Origin: an uncultured Spirochaetales bacterium
GTDB lineage: Bacteria > Spirochaetota > GWE2-31-10 > CAYYKD01
Length of the DNA stretch: 64,000 nt
Assembly: GCA_964471825.1 (NCBI GenBank)
Contig: CAYYKD010000001.1
Location: forward strand, 65,136-129,135
Reading direction: 5' to 3'
The first letter of the stretch is position 1. Every line of letters starts with the position of its first letter. Below the pieces are notes generated by a model. It saw only the letters and a program-made list of their open reading frames with translations, searched no databases and was not told the DNA's origin. Position numbers and translations under genes: made by a program. This document shows positions 47,677 to 55,054 of the stretch, in pieces.

Positions 47677-49305
47677 TTAGACAACTACATTAATACCTGT
47701 TTTATATCCATTATAACTATTAGACTCTAATGATGATATTACATTTGATTCAAACCGATCTGACGCCTCACTCACTTTTTTACTCTTCAATTTATCGTCT
47801 TCGTTAAAGGCTTTATCACTCTGCTCCTTAAACCCTGAGCTCTGCCCCATGTTGGACCCGGCAAGAATAATATCAATATTTCCAAACTCTACATTTGATT
47901 TTTGAAATACTGCTTTTAGGTCCTCAATATTTGCTCTAAAGAAGTCCGCAGCCTCTTGATTCTGCAGGATAACCTTGCCGTTGAACTTCCCGTCTTTTAC
48001 CGTAAAGCTAAAATCAATTCTACCCAACTGTTCCGGCCTCATCATAGATGAAAACTTTGTTTCACCTGCAGTCATAGCTATCTTTGTGTTGTTAACAATC
48101 TCATCAAATGTTCTGGAACGCATTTGATCTGCCTCTGCTCTAAGACTAGACCTATCCGCTCTAATCTCACCATCTATTTTAGTTCGGTCAAAACTAAAGT
48201 CAGTATTTACCTTAGACATCTCTCTTGTATCCGTATTTGTAAGTCCTGATAATTTTTCACCTTCAGTTTTTTCTGATATTTTTGATTGCAGAAGATCAGC
48301 TATCCTTAATGATTTTTTCCCGCCTGAAGCTTCTTTTACAGAACCGACCGCTCCACCCTCCGGGCTTAGTGCTGATTCTTCACCCGATTTTATAAACTTA
48401 TTAAGAGACTTAATCCCTTCAAATATCGATGAAGTTTTAGTGGCTTTCTCTGCGTCCAATGAGATCTTTATCCCGTGTTCGCCTCTCTTGGTGGTCAGAT
48501 CTCCTGCACCAAGTTTTATTCTTGCTTTCGGCCCACTCTTTGCATCATCTGATTGAGCGGCTTTTTCTAGATTATTATTAATCATACTGCCGAGGTTTAT
48601 CAAACCACCTGTGTTAGACTCAAGTCCCTGGCCGGTCATATCTTTTTTTAACACTCTTTTTAACAGACTGTCGCCTCCGACATCCTTTACAGCATCCTTT
48701 AAAACGACTTTCCCGCCATCATTCATTGAGACCTCAACAGTTGAACTCTTTCCAGCCTGTTTTAATTGAACACCGATATTCTGCTCATTAGATAATTCAT
48801 TAGATAATTCGTTACTTCCTGAAAATATTTTATTCAATGCTCCGATATTCTTTTTTGTTTTGTTTATAGTATTGTTTTCCGTTCTATCAGCAATACCCGA
48901 TCTATCAGTTCTTTCTCTATTAAGAGTTGATGCATATTCACCTAAAACTGATTTATCCTGCGATAATATTCCCGCTATATCTATTTCCTGCGATTCATTG
49001 TTGTTTCTTTTTTCATGTTCTATAGCCTCTTCATTGAATTGGTTAGTATTACTTGAATAGTCTGATTTATCATCCATGGATGCCGGTTTCACAACCTCTG
49101 CCGTTTTGTCCATCTCTGAGGGATTATATTTTCGCTCGTTCTCAAGATTATTACTCATATAGCTCTCAAATCCAGGGTCTGAGTGCCTGGCACCGACTCT
49201 CGATATAGAATCCATTTTAACTGAGTAATCATCATATCCGATTTTCAGCATATCTACCTCACTAACTTTTATTATCCGCTTTAATGATTTTCGGACAAAT
49301 TCCAA
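47677..49305 (-). CDS. fliK: Flagellar hook-length control protein (FliK-like; flbC position of spirochaete operons)
   Basis: 542 aa. Ser/Asn/Glu/Lys-rich low-complexity middle. C-terminal Flg_hook-like region (GRIDFSFTVKDGKFNGKVILQNQEAADFFRANIEDLKAVFQKSNVEFGNIDI). Immediately upstream of flgD. Confidence 0.65.
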   Translation of the reverse strand: MEFVRKSLKRIIKVSEVDMLKIGYDDYSVKMDSISRVGARHSDPGFESYMSNNLENERKYNPSEMDKTAEVVKPASMDDKSDYSSNTNQFNEEAIEHEKRNNNESQEIDIAGILSQDKSVLGEYASTLNRERTDRSGIADRTENNTINKTKKNIGALNKIFSGSNELSNELSNEQNIGVQLKQAGKSSTVEVSMNDGGKVVLKDAVKDVGGDSLLKRVLKKDMTGQGLESNTGGLINLGSMINNNLEKAAQSDDAKSGPKARIKLGAGDLTTKRGEHGIKISLDAEKATKTSSIFEGIKSLNKFIKSGEESALSPEGGAVGSVKEASGGKKSLRIADLLQSKISEKTEGEKLSGLTNTDTREMSKVNTDFSFDRTKIDGEIRADRSSLRAEADQMRSRTFDEIVNNTKIAMTAGETKFSSMMRPEQLGRIDFSFTVKDGKFNGKVILQNQEAADFFRANIEDLKAVFQKSNVEFGNIDIILAGSNMGQSSGFKEQSDKAFNEDDKLKSKKVSEASDRFESNVISSLESNSYNGYKTGINVVV

Positions 49306-49437
49306 ACTGCTTAACTGTTTAATAACATTTTTTTTTACATCGTATTTTCACCGACCGGGACTAATATGTAAATAATGATTTATTGACTTGATTAAAACAT
49401 GAGAATTCTATAATATAATATTTATGGGAGTCTCTTA

Positions 49438-52344
49438 ATGAAAAATTCACTGGTTTTATTTGTTATTTTATCATCTATGGTAAATATTTTTACACAGTCA
49501 TCAACTATTTCTATATTTGATTCTGCTAAGGATGACTACAAGAGAGGGCAATACTCATTTGCAGTAAGCGGATTTAACCGATACATTAAGCTCTCAAACG
49601 ATAACGACAAAATACCGGAGGCACATTTTTACCTTGGGCTTTCTCATTATTTTCTTAAAAACTACCCGCTTGCACTTTACAACTTAAACTCAATACAGAG
49701 AGTAAACAACCTCTCTCCCTATAAGGCACTCTCATTTTTCTGGAAAGGTCTGATATATCAGAATAGCGGCAATTTTGCTGCAGCTGAGTCTGAGTTTAAT
49801 AATTTTATTACCCTACTGCCAAACTCCGATCTGATCCCGAGAGCACTGTTTGCTTCTGCAAACAGTAGAGTAGAACAGGACAACCTTGATGGTGCATTAA
49901 CAGCACTTGAGACACTCCTTTCAAAATATCCAACCTCAGAGCGGTTTGAGGATGCTGTAATTCTAAGATCCTATATTCTTATTAAAAAGAACAAACTTAT
50001 TGAGGCAAAGAAATTTCTGTTAAAAACACACGCCAATATTAAGTCAGACAGAATATTATCCTATCTAGGTGAGATATGTTTTGAGCTTGGCGACTATGAT
50101 GAATCAATGGATTTTTACAAGACTATTGAACGGGACTTCTCCTCATCTAAACTTCTAGACATTGCATTGCTGAGGCTATCACAGATAGAGAGAATGAAAG
50201 GTAACTACCCGGAAGCTACAGAATATATTCTAAGATTAAACAATGAATTTCCACAGACTCTATATAGTTTGGAGGCGGCTGTAGATCTTGCACTTATAGA
50301 GTTTGCAAAGAATAACATCACTGACTCACTGGTTCTATTCAATCAGGTTCTAAAGACAACAAATCAAAGATTACTTCAAAAAGGGATGCCAAAACCGGAG
50401 AGAGATAAATTAAGCGAGATAAAAAATTATTCAACTCTTTATATTGCAGAGATTAATCTAAAACGAAACGACACCAATGCTGCAATTAATTCATTAAATG
50501 AGGTGTTAAGGTCAGGATATTTTAAGGAAAATGCATTGCTCAAACTTCTTGAAGTCTACATAACTAATAAGGAATATGTAAAAGCAAGCGAACTCGCTTC
50601 AAAACACTCTCAATCTTTTAATGAAAATAATTATTTTAACTTCTATAGAGCAAGACTTGAATATGAAAAGGCTGATTATAAACAGGCAATTAAACTTCTG
50701 GAGCTTGTAACAATTGATGATGACAACAGAGAAGCTATAATTTCATTAAAGACCGCTCTCTACACGATAGCAGGCGATCCAAAAAAAGCTCTTGAGCTTT
50801 TAAGACAGACTACTAATGAAACACCTATTCAATACAAGGCTCGATATATTAATAGAATCATGAAAGTTGCCCTGGGTCTGAAGGATTATTCAACAATTAA
50901 TTCGTACTATGATGAGTTTCAGACTATGATAAAATTCAATCCGGTAGATACCAGACTAGTTCTACAACTGGATACAGATTTTATTGCAGCTCTCTCATTT
51001 ATGCAACAGTTAAGATTTAAGGAGTCACAGGGCCTACTTCAGTCAATAATTGCCTATAGAGATAATAAAAGCCTGACAAACTTATCGGAGACTTTCAATC
51101 TATCCAATTTCTATCTTGGATGGGTCCTATACAAACAAATGGACTATATCAATGCATCCAGATACTTTACCCTTGCGGCCAACAGTGATATAGATCTCTC
51201 TATTAAGGAAGAATCCTCATTTATGGATGGCTATTCCTACTTCTCTTCCGGTGATTACAGGATTGCAAGGGACAAGTTTATAAGGATAACCACCTCTACC
51301 AAAAATCCTGATATCATTGTTAAGGCAACATTCTACGCTGCAAAATGTTCAGACAACCTCTCGGATCGAACTACTTCTGTAAAATACTACAATCAAATTT
51401 TTAACAACTACCCAAAAAGTGAATATGCCGATGACACTCTCTTTGAACTTATTAAAATATCTATAGAAAAAAAAGATTCTGTTAGCTTAGCCGACAAAAT
51501 CTCCACATTTGAGACAACCTATAAGGAATCTCCCCTTCTATTAAATGCAATAGTAACAATTGCTGATTTCTATTATAAAAACAATCAATTTTCTGAAGCA
51601 TTTTCATACTATACTAAATATATCTTACTCTTATCGGACCCTACCGATCCCGATCAGGACTTTGCCTATTATTTTACGGCAGATTCCGCAATTAAAAATA
51701 CAGACTTCACCTCAGCATCTGACTATTCATCAAGACTCATATCTACATTTCAAGAGTCGCCATATCTTGAAAACACATTACTGATAAAGATAAAGGCTGC
51801 AGCAGCAACCGGCGACTTTAACGGTGAAATTGAAGCTATTAAAAAGATTGAAGTCAAATATAGCGATAAATATACAAAAACATTTGAACGAAGAAAAATG
51901 GCACTAGAATTAATCTCTAAGGGGACACCTGAGGCGGATGCTGTCAGGCAAGTTACATTTAACTTAGGCACAGAACAGGAAAAATTAGCTGTCATTAAAT
52001 TCTATCTAAACTCCGGTGACACCGGAACAGGACTTAAATTAGCTGATAAGCTATACAATACTTCCAAAAGTCAATTTGCGGCAGAGGCTCTACTGTTAAC
52101 AGCAAACATTAAATTATCAATTGATGAAAAGGTTTCTGCTGAGGCATTATACTTAAAACTAATAACTGAGTATGCAGGGGCTGAACTGGTCATGGCTGAG
52201 GCTCTATACAAACTCGCTTTTATCTATCACTCCAATGGTAAAACACAACCGGCAATAAAACTCCTCGATACTATTATCAGTCGCTATAGAGAAACCGAGT
52301 GGGGGGCAAGAGCCGTTTCACTAAAAGAGAGGGTGCAGAATTGA
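49438..52344 (+). CDS. Secreted TPR-repeat protein (968 aa)
   Basis: Signal peptide MKNSLVLFVILSSMVNIFTQSS. Many 34-aa TPR-like repeats (W-LG-Y..A...F...Y P pattern). Divergent from the fla operon. Confidence 0.7.
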   Translation: MKNSLVLFVILSSMVNIFTQSSTISIFDSAKDDYKRGQYSFAVSGFNRYIKLSNDNDKIPEAHFYLGLSHYFLKNYPLALYNLNSIQRVNNLSPYKALSFFWKGLIYQNSGNFAAAESEFNNFITLLPNSDLIPRALFASANSRVEQDNLDGALTALETLLSKYPTSERFEDAVILRSYILIKKNKLIEAKKFLLKTHANIKSDRILSYLGEICFELGDYDESMDFYKTIERDFSSSKLLDIALLRLSQIERMKGNYPEATEYILRLNNEFPQTLYSLEAAVDLALIEFAKNNITDSLVLFNQVLKTTNQRLLQKGMPKPERDKLSEIKNYSTLYIAEINLKRNDTNAAINSLNEVLRSGYFKENALLKLLEVYITNKEYVKASELASKHSQSFNENNYFNFYRARLEYEKADYKQAIKLLELVTIDDDNREAIISLKTALYTIAGDPKKALELLRQTTNETPIQYKARYINRIMKVALGLKDYSTINSYYDEFQTMIKFNPVDTRLVLQLDTDFIAALSFMQQLRFKESQGLLQSIIAYRDNKSLTNLSETFNLSNFYLGWVLYKQMDYINASRYFTLAANSDIDLSIKEESSFMDGYSYFSSGDYRIARDKFIRITTSTKNPDIIVKATFYAAKCSDNLSDRTTSVKYYNQIFNNYPKSEYADDTLFELIKISIEKKDSVSLADKISTFETTYKESPLLLNAIVTIADFYYKNNQFSEAFSYYTKYILLLSDPTDPDQDFAYYFTADSAIKNTDFTSASDYSSRLISTFQESPYLENTLLIKIKAAAATGDFNGEIEAIKKIEVKYSDKYTKTFERRKMALELISKGTPEADAVRQVTFNLGTEQEKLAVIKFYLNSGDTGTGLKLADKLYNTSKSQFAAEALLLTANIKLSIDEKVSAEALYLKLITEYAGAELVMAEALYKLAFIYHSNGKTQPAIKLLDTIISRYRETEWGARAVSLKERVQN

Positions 52345-53963
52345 AAAAACACTTAATATTATCATTATGTCTGTTGTCATTGTCATTTATGTATTCTGAT
52401 GAGATAGAATTACCCGAGCTAAATCTAAACCTCATTGACAATAAAACATTTAACATTGAGATCCTTAACGATCAAGCCGCGTTTCCTGTGTTAAAGTATT
52501 CTATCCTGCCAAGACCATCTTTTAGTGAGGAGATTAAACTTGACCTCGAAAAAATCCTTCCAGACAAGTCTGAAACAGTAGAATCTCAGAAACCTGTTAA
52601 CGCCCAATTAAATCTGGGATATGGGCTAAACAATGAGCTTCTAGTCTCATTTGCACTGTTTTTATCAGATATGAATCCAAAAATCTCACTTAACTACATC
52701 CGAAAAACCTATGAAAGAAACCGGATTGACAGACCTGATGACACTTCAAGTGCCTCGTCAATTGACCATGTCTCAGTCGGTCTGATTTCAAACTACAAAC
52801 AGTTCTCAGTATTTGGTAAACTGGACTTCTTCAATAAAAACTACGGTCTACAGGGGCTTTCTGCTGCGTATAATGAACAAACCAAACGGCTTATAAACCT
52901 TGATATATCTCCATCATTTAAGTTTAACAACCGTAACGAGCTTACCTATAAATTAGAGACAGATATAATAATGATTGAGAATAGTCCAAATGAATCATTC
53001 AAATCTCTCAATCAGTTTACCGTCTTTGTCAGAAACGACTTCCTATTTACTCAGGTTTTTACCGATAATCAGGTCTTGCAGGCAACACTTGGCTACAACT
53101 TTAACTACATGAACAACTCCGAAAACGATCGTAATTATTATTTCTATGGAAATATTTCAGATATATTTTACAATGAGATCAAAACAACCCTTTCATATCA
53201 AACAATAATAAAAGATGCATTTCTTATACAGGGATTATTGGATATTCGTTTTTTATTTAGAGATACAACTTTCCATTGGTATATAAATCCATTTGTAAAA
53301 TTAGAATACAACTTACATGAATACTTTTCCTGCTCAGTTGAGGGTGGATCGCTGATCAATGAACGGCCGGATGAGAATTTCATTTTAAAAAACGATTATT
53401 CTTTACTGTCAACAAAAGTTTTGCCTGGCTATAGATGGTTTGCAGACACCGGTCTGACCGCGTCTGTTCTTGAATGGTTTAAGATCACAACCAACTTTGA
53501 GTACGCATTTAATATGAGCGGCACAAATCTCACAATCATCGACCCCAATCAACGCCTTGTTTCACATATAAACAGAGAGTTTCATGAGTTAAATATAAAT
53601 GCAGGATTATTCTTCACGGTTAAGGGCATATTAAATATTAAGGCGTCCTGGGAACATCGATTCCTTGAGGTGCCTGCATACACCGGCAGAGACAGATTAA
53701 GTGCCGAAATCAGGTGTACATTCAGCAATGTCGGGATTGATTTTTTTGTAGATGGAAAGTTTGATTTTGTAGTTCGAGATTATGCCGGTATTTTGATGGG
53801 CAATAAATATGAAGTAGGAACTGGTTTTGACTTTAGTAAAAATGAAGCGTTTGCTATTGGATTTAAATTTTCTAACATCGCATTTCAACAAGAACAAAGA
53901 ACAATTGCCGGTTACTTTGACCGGGGCATAAATGGTATAATTTATATTAAAATCGGATTCTAA
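52341..53963 (+). CDS. Putative outer-membrane beta-barrel protein, translationally coupled to the TPR gene
   Basis: Likely TTG start at 52341 overlapping the TPR stop (aatTGAaaa), with a GAGGG RBS. N-terminal signal-like LKKHLILSLCLLSLSF. Alternating beta-pattern. C-terminal IYIKIGF ends in Phe as in OMP beta-barrels. The track ORF starts at 52299 in the same frame. Confidence 0.5.
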   Translation: MKKHLILSLCLLSLSFMYSDEIELPELNLNLIDNKTFNIEILNDQAAFPVLKYSILPRPSFSEEIKLDLEKILPDKSETVESQKPVNAQLNLGYGLNNELLVSFALFLSDMNPKISLNYIRKTYERNRIDRPDDTSSASSIDHVSVGLISNYKQFSVFGKLDFFNKNYGLQGLSAAYNEQTKRLINLDISPSFKFNNRNELTYKLETDIIMIENSPNESFKSLNQFTVFVRNDFLFTQVFTDNQVLQATLGYNFNYMNNSENDRNYYFYGNISDIFYNEIKTTLSYQTIIKDAFLIQGLLDIRFLFRDTTFHWYINPFVKLEYNLHEYFSCSVEGGSLINERPDENFILKNDYSLLSTKVLPGYRWFADTGLTASVLEWFKITTNFEYAFNMSGTNLTIIDPNQRLVSHINREFHELNINAGLFFTVKGILNIKASWEHRFLEVPAYTGRDRLSAEIRCTFSNVGIDFFVDGKFDFVVRDYAGILMGNKYEVGTGFDFSKNEAFAIGFKFSNIAFQQEQRTIAGYFDRGINGIIYIKIGF

Positions 53964-54037
53964 ATAGGGATTGCTGAATAAGTACCTTTTTGCTAAACTC
54001 TTCGTCATTTATCAAGTGCAAGCTTTTTTAGAGTCCT

Positions 54038-54850
54038 TTAATAATATGTATATTTATAAAGAGACTTTGTATACAAAGAGCCGTCGCCTCTGTATTTCGC
54101 CTCTTCAATCAAATTCCTATTAGCATCATACTTATAGATATTTTTGCTATTTAACGAGCCATCAGTTCTGAAACTTGCATCTTCTACCTTATTTCCTATT
54201 GCATCATACTTGTAAATCTCTTTTGAAAATATTGAACCGTCATTTTGATATTTAATCTTTTCAATTTTATATCCTTTAATATCATACTTATAGGCCTCTC
54301 TGGAAAAGAATGAACCTTTGGAGCCGGTTACAACTTCTTCAATCATATTTCTGTTATCATCATACTTATATGTGTTTTTACTTTTCAAATAATCGTCGTA
54401 TCGATATTTGGCTTCCTCAATCATATTTCCACCGGCATCATATGTAAAAGTGGATTTATACCACAAAGCACCATCTGGGCCATGGGTAGCCTTATCACTC
54501 ATTTTACCACTATCATCATACCTATATATAATTTTAGATTCCATAGAACCATCTGATCGAAACATCCCCTTTTCAATAATATTTCCTTTAGCATCATACT
54601 TATAAATTCTTTTTCCCTCTAAGGAGTCGTCGGCTTCATAGAATCCCTCTTCAATCAAATTTCCACTTTGGTCATATTTATATGAGGTTTTCCAATTCAA
54701 CACTTCTACATTTTTTCCAGAATCAAACACTATATCATATTTAAACTCAGTTTTTTCTTTTACTTTAAGCGTGTCTGTGTTTACCTGCTGACTGGATAGC
54801 ACTGTCAAAAATGCAAACAAAAAACAAAACAAAAATAACAATCTCTTCAT
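54038..54850 (-). CDS. Secreted MORN-variant / YwqK-like repeat protein (~8 tandem ~23-aa repeats YKYDxxGNxIEExxYxxDGS)
   Basis: 270 aa. Signal peptide MKRLLFLFCFLFAFLTVLS. Repeats such as KRIYKYDAKGNIIEKGMFRSDGS, SKIIYRYDDSGKMSDKATHGPDGA, KEIYKYDAIGNKVEDASFRTDGS. Confidence 0.6.
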   Translation of the reverse strand: MKRLLFLFCFLFAFLTVLSSQQVNTDTLKVKEKTEFKYDIVFDSGKNVEVLNWKTSYKYDQSGNLIEEGFYEADDSLEGKRIYKYDAKGNIIEKGMFRSDGSMESKIIYRYDDSGKMSDKATHGPDGALWYKSTFTYDAGGNMIEEAKYRYDDYLKSKNTYKYDDNRNMIEEVVTGSKGSFFSREAYKYDIKGYKIEKIKYQNDGSIFSKEIYKYDAIGNKVEDASFRTDGSLNSKNIYKYDANRNLIEEAKYRGDGSLYTKSLYKYTYY

Positions 54851-54937
54851 ATAAACTTCCTTTAATATAGTATTAAATAATTTAGTATTAAATCACTTCT
54901 TTAATATCATATCATTTTAGAATATTTGTCAAATACA

Positions 54938-54983
54938 TAGTTAGAATTTTTTAGTTAGAATTTTTTAATAGTTAGAATTTTTT
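54938..54983. repeat. Tandem AT-rich repeat (AGTTAGAATTTTTT x3) in the promoter region of the YwqK-like gene, immediately downstream of the Toprim-protein gene
   Basis: tagttagaatttttt at 54938-54952, agttagaatttttt at 54953-54966, aatagttagaatttttt at 54967-54983. Followed by gtataat on the plus strand. Confidence 0.6.
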
Positions 54984-55054
54984 GTATAATTTATATTTCG
55001 TGTTCCATTCTGATTCTATACTTTATTCTATAAATATCGGCTTGAGTTTTCCTA

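Noticed and set aside
49383-49419. Clean sigma-70 promoter for the TPR gene (TTGACT/TTGATT with tandem TATAAT boxes)
   Set aside because: Hexamers are present, but the spacers are 15 or 20 nt rather than 17 plus or minus 1, so it is not listed as a feature. It remains a plausible weak promoter.
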